This document shows, piece by piece, positions 54,161 to 63,354 of a stretch of 64,000 nucleotides of DNA (position 1 is its first letter; every line of letters begins with the position of its first letter). The translations under genes and the position numbers were made by a program. The notes beneath the pieces are model-generated. The model was given only the letters and a program-made list of their open reading frames with translations, was not told the DNA's origin and made no database searches. Source of the DNA: Bacteroidales bacterium (lineage in GTDB: Bacteria; Bacteroidota; Bacteroidia; Bacteroidales; FEN-979); assembly GCA_028706295.1 (NCBI GenBank), contig JAQWBQ010000005.1:11395-75394 (forward strand), written 5' to 3'.

Positions 54161-55294
54161 ATGGCAACATTAAAAATACTGGTAGTTGATGATGAGCCCG
54201 GCATCCGAAGCGGTGTAAGCCGGATCCTGAGAAATTTCAGGGTTGATTATCCTTTCATGGATGAGCCCTTCGATTTTGAAGTTCTCGAAGCAGCCACCGG
54301 GGAGGAAGGAATTGAGATTATTGAATCGAATCCTCCCGATATCCTGCTGCTCGATAACAAACTCCCCGGCATCCAGGGTGTTGAGGTCCTTGAATATATC
54401 AAGAAGAAGCAAATCAGCATCATTGTGGTCATGATCACTTCCTATGCATCGCTTGAGCTTGCGGTGAAGGCAACCAGTGACGGGGCTTATGACTTCATTC
54501 CAAAACCATTTACCCCGCAGGAGTTGAAGTCCTCGGTCGAGAATATCACGAAAAGGGTTTTTCTTAAAAAGATGACGACCCGGCTGCAGGATACCGGGAA
54601 GCAGATCCGTTTTACTTTTTTATCTGTACTCTCCCACGAGCTGAAAGCGCCGTTAAATGCTATTGAAGGATATCTGAAGATGATCAAAGAGCGGCAAAAC
54701 GGAATCCAGTTAGCCGATTACGACGTAATGATCGATCGCTCCCTGGAACGGATCAAAGGGATGAGAACCCTGATCCTTGACTTGTTGGATCTTACCCGCG
54801 TGGAATCGGGCAAAGCCAAACGGAACATTACACGGGTCGATCTTGTGTCAATCGCACGTACGGCCATGGACACGATGCGGCCCTATGCCATTCAGCGGGA
54901 TGTCGTATTGAATTTGCAGACCCGTGAGCCGGTTGAAATGGACGCGGACAGCGAAGAGCTGGAAATTATTTTCAATAATTTGATTTCCAATGCAATAAAA
55001 TATAACCGTGATGGAGGCAGGGTTGATTGTTTGATCGAACCCGGTGACGGGAAATTGGTGATCCAGGTCACCGATACCGGTATCGGGATGACACCTGCAG
55101 AGATCGAAAAGATCTTTGATGATTTTGTCCGGATCAAGAATGAAAAGACCAAGAATATAACCGGAACCGGACTGGGTTTGTCGATTGTCAAGAAACTTAT
55201 TGACCATTATAACGGCCGGATCGAAGTTGTGAGCAATCCGGATGCCGGCAGTACCTTCAAAGTTATTCTTCCAACTGTAAAACCATGTTCATAA
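54161..55294 (+). CDS. Hybrid receiver-histidine kinase (REC-HisKA-HATPase)
   Basis: 377 aa. ILVVDDE...ILLLDNKLPG, H-box LSHELKAPLNAI, DTGIGM, GTGLGLSIV. Confidence 0.85.
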   Translation: MATLKILVVDDEPGIRSGVSRILRNFRVDYPFMDEPFDFEVLEAATGEEGIEIIESNPPDILLLDNKLPGIQGVEVLEYIKKKQISIIVVMITSYASLELAVKATSDGAYDFIPKPFTPQELKSSVENITKRVFLKKMTTRLQDTGKQIRFTFLSVLSHELKAPLNAIEGYLKMIKERQNGIQLADYDVMIDRSLERIKGMRTLILDLLDLTRVESGKAKRNITRVDLVSIARTAMDTMRPYAIQRDVVLNLQTREPVEMDADSEELEIIFNNLISNAIKYNRDGGRVDCLIEPGDGKLVIQVTDTGIGMTPAEIEKIFDDFVRIKNEKTKNITGTGLGLSIVKKLIDHYNGRIEVVSNPDAGSTFKVILPTVKPCS

Positions 55295-55926
55295 GAAATT
55301 TACCCCATAAAACCGTTGAGCGCCTGAGTCAGTACCGTCGCTCCTTATTGATGACCCTTTCAAAAGAAAAAACCCATGTTTTTTCTCATGAAATTGCGCA
55401 GATGCTCCACATCACTCCTGTTCAGGTCAGACGTGACCTGATGCTGATCGGCTACTCGGGAAACCTAAGAAAAGGTTATGACATCAAGGAGTTGATTGAT
55501 CTGATCGGAAAAATCATAGATTCGGACCGGGGTCAGCGGGTTGCTGTGGTCGGGCTCGGAAATCTCGGGAAGGCAATGATCAGCTATTTTAAGGGGAAAA
55601 GATCGAAACTGGCAATCATTGCAGCCTTTGACATCAATCCGGAGAAGATCAACCGGATTTACGACGGGGTTGCCTGCTACCATGTAAGCCAGCTGACCGA
55701 TATCATCAGGCAAAACAACATTTCAATCGGAATCATTTCGGTTCCTTCGGAGCAGGCGCCTGAAATAGCCGAGACCATGGTATTGGCAGGGATCAAGGGA
55801 ATTCTTAATTTCACACCCAAACCCCTGAATGTACCTGCCTTTGTTTACCTTGAGGAGTATGACATGATAACTTCTCTGGAGAAAGTAGCTTTCTTTGCCA
55901 AGAAAAATGATGAACGATTTAAGTAG
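55285..55926 (+). CDS. rex: Redox-sensing transcriptional repressor Rex
   Basis: 213 aa. Winged helix (VERLSQYRRSL...ITPVQVRRDL..IGYSG..RKGY) plus Rossmann motif VVGLGNLGKA and GIKGILNFTP. The start overlaps the upstream kinase by 10 nt. Confidence 0.85.
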   Translation: MFIRNLPHKTVERLSQYRRSLLMTLSKEKTHVFSHEIAQMLHITPVQVRRDLMLIGYSGNLRKGYDIKELIDLIGKIIDSDRGQRVAVVGLGNLGKAMISYFKGKRSKLAIIAAFDINPEKINRIYDGVACYHVSQLTDIIRQNNISIGIISVPSEQAPEIAETMVLAGIKGILNFTPKPLNVPAFVYLEEYDMITSLEKVAFFAKKNDERFK

Positions 55927-55937
55927 AAAGGGATTTA

Positions 55938-56867
55938 GTGAAGATTTTTCATAATTTCAACGATGTCGGGTCTATCCGGAATGCCGTTGTAACGACGGGT
56001 TCGTTCGACGGGGTTCACATCGGTCATAAAATGATCCTCCAGCGACTACGCAAACTGGCCATGGAGATCGACGGGGAGACAGTCCTGATCACTTTTCATC
56101 CCCATCCACGGAAAGTGCTTTATCCAGAAAGTGTTGGGCGTGATCTTTTTCTGATCAATTCACAACGCGAAAAGATTGAGTTACTCCGGAAAGCGGGTCT
56201 CGACAACCTGATCATTGTTGAGTTCACGGTTGAATTTTCGAAAATCACTTCGCTTGAATTCGTGACCAACATCCTGCTCAACAAGTTGCACTCCCGGATT
56301 ATTGTCATCGGGTTCAATCACCATTTCGGCCACAACCGGGAGGGAGACTATGAAGCATTGAAAAGACTCGGTTCGGTGAATGGTTTTGGTGTTGAGGAGA
56401 TACCGGAACAGGACATACAAAATGAATCGGTCAGTTCGACAAAGATCCGAAAAGCCTTACAGGATGGGAACATACAAAAGGCGAATGCATATCTTGACCA
56501 CCAGTACATCATTATGGGCGAGGCCAGGAAAAGCAGTCAGGCCCTTGAGGATATCGGGTTTCCTTGCTATTCACTCCGGATTGAGGAGGATTGTAAACTG
56601 GTTCCTCCCAATGGTGTCTACGCGGTAACGGTAGTAGGTGAAGATTGTTTTTCAAGGGCCATGTGTTTTATCCGTAAAAATGAGGCCTCCCCGCTTGACA
56701 CGCTTGTTGAGGTCCATTTGCTCGAAAGTTACGGAAGCCTGGAGGGAGCAGTCGTCACCATTTTATTTCACAAGCGGATCCGGGAAGAACGGGTAATCAC
56801 AACCACCGAGGATCTCAGAAAGCAACTGATTCTTGATCGCAACCAGGTTGATGAACTTATATTCTGA
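55938..56867 (+). CDS. ribF: Bifunctional riboflavin kinase / FMN adenylyltransferase
   Basis: 309 aa with a GTG start. GSFDGVHIGH, FHPHP and SSTKIR motifs. Confidence 0.85.
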   Translation: MKIFHNFNDVGSIRNAVVTTGSFDGVHIGHKMILQRLRKLAMEIDGETVLITFHPHPRKVLYPESVGRDLFLINSQREKIELLRKAGLDNLIIVEFTVEFSKITSLEFVTNILLNKLHSRIIVIGFNHHFGHNREGDYEALKRLGSVNGFGVEEIPEQDIQNESVSSTKIRKALQDGNIQKANAYLDHQYIIMGEARKSSQALEDIGFPCYSLRIEEDCKLVPPNGVYAVTVVGEDCFSRAMCFIRKNEASPLDTLVEVHLLESYGSLEGAVVTILFHKRIREERVITTTEDLRKQLILDRNQVDELIF

Positions 56868-57652
56868 TGGATACAGCAACAAATAATCCCATCAAGGTAA
56901 CGTTCCTGGGCACGGGGACTTCCATCGGTGTGCCGGTGATCACCTGTGACTGTCCGGTGTGCACTTCTTCCGATCCCCGGGATAAAAGGATGCGCACCTC
57001 TGTTATGGTCGAGGTGTCGGGAAAGACCCTTGTGATTGACTGCGGTCCCGATTTCAGGCAACAGATGCTCCGGCAGCAGGTGATCAATCTTGATGCCGTT
57101 GTTTTTACCCACGAGCACCGGGATCATATTGCGGGGCTTGATGACGTAAGGGCATTCAACTATGTCCTTAATAAAAAAATTGATATTTACGGAACTCCGC
57201 AGGTAATTGAAGCCATCCGGATTGAGTTCCCGTATATCTTTTCCGAAACCCGTTATTTCGGCGCTCCACAGCTAAACATCCATCCGATCGGAACAGAACC
57301 ATTCAATGTCCATGGTATCGACTTGATCCCAATCCGGGCCCTTCATGATAAAATTCCGGTCACCGGCTACCGGATCGGCGATTTCACCTATATGACTGAT
57401 GCCAGTTACATCGGTCCGGAGGAGCTGGAGAAGATCAGGGGTTCGAAAGTGATCGTATTGAATGCTTTAAGGAATTCCCGGCACGTATCTCATTTTTCGG
57501 TGGGTGAAGCGGTTGAGATTCTGACCGATCTTGCTCCGAGGGAGGGTTATCTGACCCATCTGAGCCATTTTGTTGGAACGCATGAAGAGGTAAACAACAA
57601 GTTACCTGATTTTATCAGACTTGCATACGATGGCCTCGAGGTGGTAGTATAA
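56867..57652 (+). CDS. MBL-fold metallo-hydrolase
   Basis: 261 aa. THEHRDH motif. TGATG overlap with ribF. Confidence 0.75.
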   Translation: MDTATNNPIKVTFLGTGTSIGVPVITCDCPVCTSSDPRDKRMRTSVMVEVSGKTLVIDCGPDFRQQMLRQQVINLDAVVFTHEHRDHIAGLDDVRAFNYVLNKKIDIYGTPQVIEAIRIEFPYIFSETRYFGAPQLNIHPIGTEPFNVHGIDLIPIRALHDKIPVTGYRIGDFTYMTDASYIGPEELEKIRGSKVIVLNALRNSRHVSHFSVGEAVEILTDLAPREGYLTHLSHFVGTHEEVNNKLPDFIRLAYDGLEVVV

Positions 57653-57714
57653 GGCAATACCATCCCTGGTGTCTTTTTCCCTAAAATTCTTTTTGAGAAA
57701 TTAGTTTTGCCCTA

Positions 57715-57722
57715 TACCTTTG
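57715..57722 (+). promoter_or_regulatory. -7 promoter box (TACCTTTG) upstream of trmD
   Basis: Matches TAnnTTTG, 19 nt before the ATG at 57741. Confidence 0.4.
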
Positions 57723-57740
57723 TCCTCTTATAAAAAATGA

Positions 57741-58430
57741 ATGAGGATAGATATTCTGACGTTATTTCCGGAGATGTTCGAGGGGCCTTTCGGTCAATCG
57801 ATCCTGAAGCGGGCACAAGTAAAAGGGGAAGTCGGGATTAACCTGTACAACATTCGCAACTGGAGCACCAACAAGCACCGCACGGTGGATGATTATCCAT
57901 ACGGGGGCGGCGCCGGGATGGTCATGATGGTGGAACCCGTCGCCTTGTGCATCGAGGAACTGAGATCCAGGACTCCCTATGATGAAGTCATTTACCTCTC
58001 GCCCGACGGAGAATTGCTCAATCAGTCACTGGCCAACCAACTGTCGGTCAAAAAAAACCTGTTGCTACTTTGTGGTCATTACAAGGGGATTGATGAACGG
58101 ATCAGGGAGCATTTCATCACCCGGGAGATCTCGATCGGCGATTACGTTATATCGGGCGGGGAATTAGCTGCGATGGTTGTGACGGATGCCATTGTTCGGT
58201 TGCTACCCGGTGTATTGAATGATGAGACCTCTGCCCTGTCGGACTCTTATCAGAACAATTTGCTCTCACCACCTGTCTACACGCGACCCAGTGATTTCAG
58301 AGGATGGAAAGTCCCGGATGTACTGTTATCGGGAAATGAACGGGAGATTAAAAAATGGCAGTTTGAAAAGGCGCTCGAACGTACAACCGAGAAACGGCCA
58401 CATCTTATTGATGATGAGGACTTTAAATGA
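57741..58430 (+). CDS. trmD: tRNA (guanine37-N1)-methyltransferase
   Basis: 229 aa. [29 protein letters not shown] and GDYVISGGE motifs. Confidence 0.9.
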   Translation: MRIDILTLFPEMFEGPFGQSILKRAQVKGEVGINLYNIRNWSTNKHRTVDDYPYGGGAGMVMMVEPVALCIEELRSRTPYDEVIYLSPDGELLNQSLANQLSVKKNLLLLCGHYKGIDERIREHFITREISIGDYVISGGELAAMVVTDAIVRLLPGVLNDETSALSDSYQNNLLSPPVYTRPSDFRGWKVPDVLLSGNEREIKKWQFEKALERTTEKRPHLIDDEDFK

Positions 58431-60295
58431 AGAATAGCAGATCAGGTTCAGCGTTTGCATATTTTCTGAGGTTATTCGTTTTCTGGACTGCATTGTTCCT
58501 GGCACAAAGGATCTTATTCATACTGATTCACGGCTCGTCTTCAGTCACCCTCACCGATTACCTGGAATCATCGATTCATGCCCTTCCCATGGACATCAGT
58601 ATGTATTTCTATCTGATGATCATTCCCTTTTTACTTTATCTGGTCAGCCTGTTTGTAAAAGAGTCGGAAATCCCGGCTAAAGTCACGGGAATTTATATGA
58701 TCGTAATGATTCTCCTTTCGAATTTTATTTTCACGATCGACCTGGGTCTATTTGCGTTCTGGGAAGTAAAGATCAATCATAAAATATTCTTTTACCTGTC
58801 AAATCCCAGGGAAGCCATAGTTTCGACATTATCGGTTCCCTACGCCAGGCTTTTACTTTTTTTTATTCTTTTGTCGGCATCTTTTATTGTGATATACCGT
58901 TATCTTATTCATATAAACCAATACAAAACAAGCAGCCTGATCAGCAGGATTTTCTTTATTCTGGCATTTGCAGGTTTATCCATTGCAGGTTTAAGGGGAG
59001 GGATTCAGGATATTCCGTTAGGCAAACACAAGATCTATTATTCGGAGCACCCGGTATTCAACCAGGCCGCTTTGAACAGTTTCTGGAATTGTATGGATGA
59101 GCTGGTTAGTGCGGGTCAGTACGAAAACATTTCGTACAATTTTTTCCCGGACCATGAGGCGTCAGGCATTTTCAACACCCGGATGACCGTTCCAAAAGAC
59201 ACGACGGAGCGCCTTTTCCGAAAGGCTTTGAAGCCCAACCTGGTTATAATTCTCTTGGAAAGCTGGAGCGCTGAGGGAACCGGAGCATACGGGTATGGCA
59301 GGAATCTGACTCCGGAGTTTGATTCTTTGTCATCCGGGGGGCTGCTTTTCAATCATTTTTATGCCAGCGGAACCCGAACAGATCAGGGATTGGTATCAAT
59401 TCTCAGTAGTTTCCCGGCCCAGCCCAGGAACATCATCATCCGTGAATTCGGCAAATTTGAGCATTTACCTGCCCTTTCGAAAGATCTGAACCACAGCGGA
59501 TATCAGTGCGATTACTTTTGTGGCAGCAACAGTGATTTTGCAAATACGAAAGCCTATTTATACAGTGCGGGGTTCCGATCGGTGACCGATATCAGGAATT
59601 TTTCTTTAACAAGACGCACCTATTGGGGCGCCTACGATTCGGACGTATTCGATTACCAATTGAAAGCTGCATCAACAAGCACATCTCCTTTTTTTCATAT
59701 GATCGCTACCATCACGAATCATGAGCCATTTGATGCAAAGGTCCCGAGAAAATTTGGAGGAGATGATTTGGTGTCGTGTTACCGGAACACGATGGCATAC
59801 ACGGATATGGTTCTGGGTGATTATTTCAGGAAGGCACGATCGACAGGATGGTACAAGAACACACTCTTTTTCATAACCGCCGATCATGCACATTCGATGC
59901 CTTTCGGACGGACCCTGTCAGATCCACGTCGGTATCATATTCCGTTTTTAATATATGGGGAACCACTGGAAGAAATGTGGAGGGGAAAGCAAGCGGATCG
60001 GTACGCAAGTCAAACTGACATTTCCCCGACGGTTCTTGCCCAGCTTGGCATTGATTACGGCGCTTACTGGTGGGGGAAAAATCTTTTCAATCCATTTGCC
60101 CCGGACTTCGCTTACTTTGCATATGACGACGGATGGGGATGGTTGACTCCTGCACAGCAGATCACATTTGATAACCGACTTGGAAGAGTTGTTGCAAAAG
60201 CTCCTCTGGTTAGTAAAGATTCGATGGAATTGGACGCCATTCGGAATGGCAAAGCATATTTACAGAAATACATGATTGATTATCAGAAGTTTTAG
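58427..60295 (+). CDS. LtaS/sulfatase-family membrane phosphotransferase
   Basis: 622 aa. Five or more N-terminal TM helices plus an alkaline-phosphatase-superfamily domain ([10 protein letters not shown]...GTRTDQG...ITADH). ATGA overlap with trmD. Confidence 0.7.
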   Translation: MKNSRSGSAFAYFLRLFVFWTALFLAQRILFILIHGSSSVTLTDYLESSIHALPMDISMYFYLMIIPFLLYLVSLFVKESEIPAKVTGIYMIVMILLSNFIFTIDLGLFAFWEVKINHKIFFYLSNPREAIVSTLSVPYARLLLFFILLSASFIVIYRYLIHINQYKTSSLISRIFFILAFAGLSIAGLRGGIQDIPLGKHKIYYSEHPVFNQAALNSFWNCMDELVSAGQYENISYNFFPDHEASGIFNTRMTVPKDTTERLFRKALKPNLVIILLESWSAEGTGAYGYGRNLTPEFDSLSSGGLLFNHFYASGTRTDQGLVSILSSFPAQPRNIIIREFGKFEHLPALSKDLNHSGYQCDYFCGSNSDFANTKAYLYSAGFRSVTDIRNFSLTRRTYWGAYDSDVFDYQLKAASTSTSPFFHMIATITNHEPFDAKVPRKFGGDDLVSCYRNTMAYTDMVLGDYFRKARSTGWYKNTLFFITADHAHSMPFGRTLSDPRRYHIPFLIYGEPLEEMWRGKQADRYASQTDISPTVLAQLGIDYGAYWWGKNLFNPFAPDFAYFAYDDGWGWLTPAQQITFDNRLGRVVAKAPLVSKDSMELDAIRNGKAYLQKYMIDYQKF

Positions 60296-60299
60296 TCAA

Positions 60300-61595
60300 A
60301 TGAAGAAAGGGTTTATCTGGTTTTTAATTGCTGCTTTTCTGTTAAGGCTTGGTTACAGCCTGGTTTCACCCCTCATTGAGGATGACGAGATTCAGGTATA
60401 TCTTTTAGGACTGAAATTTTACACCACTCATTTGTGGCCTTTTTTCGGACCCGATGTCGAGTACACGCATTCCCAGATTCCGGGGGCGCTTCAGGGAATC
60501 CTGGTAGGATTACCTTTGTTTATCATTCCGTTACCCGAATCGCCAATATTATTGCTGAATATCCTGTGTTTTGGCGGGCTGGGTTTGTTAGCATGGTATA
60601 TCAACAAGCGGTTGCCGGAAATTCCATGGTGGATTGTCTGGGGATTCGTGATGACCGCACCCTGGACCCTGCGTTTCGGATGCCGTATTGTAAACCCTTC
60701 CTATGTACAACCCTTTTCAATTCTCTTCTTCATAGGTTTCTTCGAAAGTTCCGGAATCTGTAAAAACAAGGTCATAAACAAAGGGCTTGCATTTTTTCTG
60801 ATGGGATTCTCCATGCTATCGGTGATGCAGCTTCATCTGTCATGGATTTTACTGCTGCCATTTATTTTATATGCAATTTTAAAAGAATCCGCAGGCAGGT
60901 GGAACGCATTGGCAAAATCGGCAGCATGGTTGTGTTCAGGAATCATCGTGGGTTCCCTGTTGCTGATTCCCACGATTATCAGTGGGGAATTCAACAGTGC
61001 AGGTAATCTTCACGACAATGTTCTATTAAACCGCAATAATATCGGCAATCTGCCAACGATTCTGGCGCGAATGCTCTCCTTCTCAAGTTATGAAATCCCT
61101 TACATGTTAGGGGAGGATAATCCTGTAAGGATGGCCGTTATCCGGGAAAATCCATGGATGGCGCCGTTTACCGTCATTCTGCTTGTTGCAGGAATGGTTC
61201 AGGTCGTTTTTTACATTATTTCATTCTTTTTGAAAAACAAAGCAGAAGGGTGGCACAGTATCAGGTGGATTACTTTAGGTGCAGTTATTATTGTTTACCT
61301 CTCCTTTTTCTTCTCAGTAAAGGGTCCATCCTCACATACATACTATGTTCTGATGCCGCTTATCATGTTGTATTCATTCTATTGTTATAACAACCTGATG
61401 CGTTGGCCTACAGCGGTCAAAAAAGCAGCCGTGGTCCTACTTTTATCGGGTGTGGTGTTTCATGCCGGAGTTGGTAAATACTATTTCGGATTGTCAATTT
61501 ACCCTAAACGACTGGTCATAGAAAAAGCAATAAAGACAAAAGATTACTCCAAGGTCGGATTGCGCCGGGCTGATGTCTGGGGGAGCGGGTATTAG
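60300..61595 (+). CDS. Polytopic membrane protein (possible ArnT/PMT-like glycosyltransferase; function unknown)
   Basis: About 431 aa from the ATG at 60300 with more than 10 hydrophobic segments. No soluble domain recognised. Confidence 0.45.
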   Translation: MKKGFIWFLIAAFLLRLGYSLVSPLIEDDEIQVYLLGLKFYTTHLWPFFGPDVEYTHSQIPGALQGILVGLPLFIIPLPESPILLLNILCFGGLGLLAWYINKRLPEIPWWIVWGFVMTAPWTLRFGCRIVNPSYVQPFSILFFIGFFESSGICKNKVINKGLAFFLMGFSMLSVMQLHLSWILLLPFILYAILKESAGRWNALAKSAAWLCSGIIVGSLLLIPTIISGEFNSAGNLHDNVLLNRNNIGNLPTILARMLSFSSYEIPYMLGEDNPVRMAVIRENPWMAPFTVILLVAGMVQVVFYIISFFLKNKAEGWHSIRWITLGAVIIVYLSFFFSVKGPSSHTYYVLMPLIMLYSFYCYNNLMRWPTAVKKAAVVLLLSGVVFHAGVGKYYFGLSIYPKRLVIEKAIKTKDYSKVGLRRADVWGSGY

Positions 61596-61681
61596 AAAAC
61601 AGCCGGGTAACCGGAGCTGCTATCGGGCTGTAGTTGTATTACTTTTTTCTCCTTTCTGATTATTAATCCAAAAAAAAAATC

Positions 61682-61689
61682 TATATTTG
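61682..61689 (+). promoter_or_regulatory. -7 promoter box (TATATTTG) upstream of rplS
   Basis: Matches TAnnTTTG, 46 nt before the ATG at 61735. Confidence 0.4.
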
Positions 61690-61734
61690 CAAACTTTTTA
61701 GCGTGAAAACAAACCAATCGATTACACGAAAGCC

Positions 61735-62091
61735 ATGAATAAAGCGGAAATTATCAAATTTGTAGAGGATACCGTGATTGCCAAGAACGAGCTTCCTGTC
61801 TTTAAAGCAGGAGATACCATCACGGTTCATTATAAGATCAAGGAAGGAAACAAGGAACGTATCCAGACCTTTCAGGGTGTAGTGTTACAAAGATCGGGCA
61901 AAGGTGTGAATGAGACATTTACTGTACGGAAGATATCCGGAAACATTGGTGTTGAGCGTATTTTCCCTTGTACATCGCCCTTTATCGATAAAATAGAAGT
62001 CAACAAGCGGGGCGTCGTTCGCAGAGGTCGTATTTTTTACCTCCGCGGATTGCAAGGCAAGAAAGCCCGCATCAAGGAAGAACGCATTTAG
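61735..62091 (+). CDS. rplS: 50S ribosomal protein L19
   Basis: 118 aa. FKAGDTI.VHYKI.EG.KERIQ.F.GVV...G. Typical L19. Confidence 0.95.
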   Translation: MNKAEIIKFVEDTVIAKNELPVFKAGDTITVHYKIKEGNKERIQTFQGVVLQRSGKGVNETFTVRKISGNIGVERIFPCTSPFIDKIEVNKRGVVRRGRIFYLRGLQGKKARIKEERI

Positions 62092-62115
62092 TTTATACTA
62101 CCAAAAGACCGAAAG

Positions 62116-62149
62116 AAGGTGTGACCAACAGGTATCGCACCTTTTTTTT
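62116..62149 (+). terminator. Putative terminator after rplS
   Basis: Stem aaggtg/cacctt with a 16-nt loop, followed by T8. A weak stem. Confidence 0.45.
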
Positions 62150-62155
62150 ATGTAC

Positions 62156-62186
62156 AAAAAAATCGGGGCCGCTATTAAGCGGCTCC
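62156..62186 (-). terminator. Rho-independent terminator for the minus-strand sigma-factor unit
   Basis: On the minus strand: ggagccgc-ttaata-gcggcccc followed by gaTTTTTTT. Confidence 0.65.
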
Positions 62187-62194
62187 GCGATTTT

Positions 62195-62389
62195 TCAGTT
62201 CATCACCAGGTTAATGAATCCGGTGTTTGGAGTAGAAATAACAGCAAGGGCCTTCGAGTAGTTTAGCAGGTTACGGATCACTGATTCACTGGGAGAAACT
62301 GCCTTGCGTTTCCTTCGGGTCTCACAGGAAGGATTGTTTACCTTTGAATGATCGCCGATCAAAGAATAAATTGTAGAGGTTCGCTTCAT
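62195..62389 (-). CDS. Small hypothetical protein downstream of the ECF sigma factor
   Basis: 64-aa ORF with no TM segment and no recognisable motif. Retained only because of its position between the sigma gene and the terminator. Confidence 0.3.
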   Translation of the reverse strand: MKRTSTIYSLIGDHSKVNNPSCETRRKRKAVSPSESVIRNLLNYSKALAVISTPNTGFINLVMN

Positions 62390-62576
62390 AGGCCGGTGTT
62401 TGGGTTGAATCCTTAATCATACCTATGAAACGGTAGTTTTAATCCGATATTTTATCTGTTCACAAAATATTTTAGAATTGAATATTTTAAGGTGGGGAAC
62501 TGATTCGTCAAAAAACGTCAGGGATCTCCCGCCCAAAAAAGTGTGAAAAGAGTCAGATTTTCCTTAATCAACCGGG

Positions 62577-63161
62577 TCAAACAGTCAGGATAACCTCTTT
62601 CTCCCTGACCAGTTTCCGGAGGTTGATCAGGGCATAGCGCATACGTCCCAGAGCCGTATTAATGCTCACGTTTGTAACCTCGGCGATGTCTTTGAAACTC
62701 ATTTCACCGTAGTGGCGCATGACCAGCACCTCCTTTTGTTCCCGGGGGAGGTAATCAATCAGTTTTTTTACATCCTGATGGATTTGTTCGGTGATCATTT
62801 GTTCTTCAATGGATTCAACCGGTACGCGAACTTTCTCAAAGATGTCGTACTCATCGCTATTTTCCACCGTGGGAATTCTTTTCGATTTTCTGAAATAATC
62901 GATGATCAGGTTATGGGCAATTCGCATAACCCACTGGATGAATTTTCCTTCTTCTTTATAGGTACCCGATCTGAAGGTATTAATCACCTTGATAAAGGTA
63001 TCCTGGAACAGATCTTCAGCCAGTTCTTTATCTTTGACTACCATAAGGATGTAAGCAAAGACTCTGTTCTTATGACGGCGAATGAGAACTTCGAGGGCGG
63101 ATTCATGACCGGCTAAATAGCGTCCGATCAGATCCTGATCACTAATGACATGGGCTTGCAT
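62577..63161 (-). CDS. ECF-type RNA polymerase sigma-70 factor
   Basis: Region 2 (FQDTFIKV...WVMRIAHNLIIDYFRK) and region 4 (MSFKDIAEVTNVSINTALGRMRYA). ATG at 63161, with a GGAGG upstream, is preferred over TTG at 63182. Confidence 0.85.
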   Translation of the reverse strand: MQAHVISDQDLIGRYLAGHESALEVLIRRHKNRVFAYILMVVKDKELAEDLFQDTFIKVINTFRSGTYKEEGKFIQWVMRIAHNLIIDYFRKSKRIPTVENSDEYDIFEKVRVPVESIEEQMITEQIHQDVKKLIDYLPREQKEVLVMRHYGEMSFKDIAEVTNVSINTALGRMRYALINLRKLVREKEVILTV

Positions 63162-63328
63162 TGGGCCTCCTTTTTTATTCAAAAAAGAGTAGAAGTCTAG
63201 TCTATAGTGTCCCTCCTATATTTGTGCGGATGCTAAGGATCACGCGGTTAGTGTTGAATGATACGGAATTTTTCCGTTTTGGTTTCGGCAAAAGTAAATA
63301 AAAAAAACCAAAAAGCAAGTTTTCTTTA

Positions 63329-63336
63329 TAATTTTG
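63329..63336 (+). promoter_or_regulatory. -7 promoter box (TAATTTTG) upstream of uvrA
   Basis: Matches TAnnTTTG, 19 nt before the ATG at 63355. Confidence 0.4.
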
Positions 63337-63354
63337 CCCCTTCTATTGAAAAAA

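Noticed and set aside
26298-55926. The hydrogenase island as a mobile genomic island
   Set aside because: No integrase, transposase, conjugation or phage genes were seen, and there are no flanking direct repeats or adjacent tRNA. The only tRNA is at 788. Horizontal origin remains possible but cannot be supported from this window.
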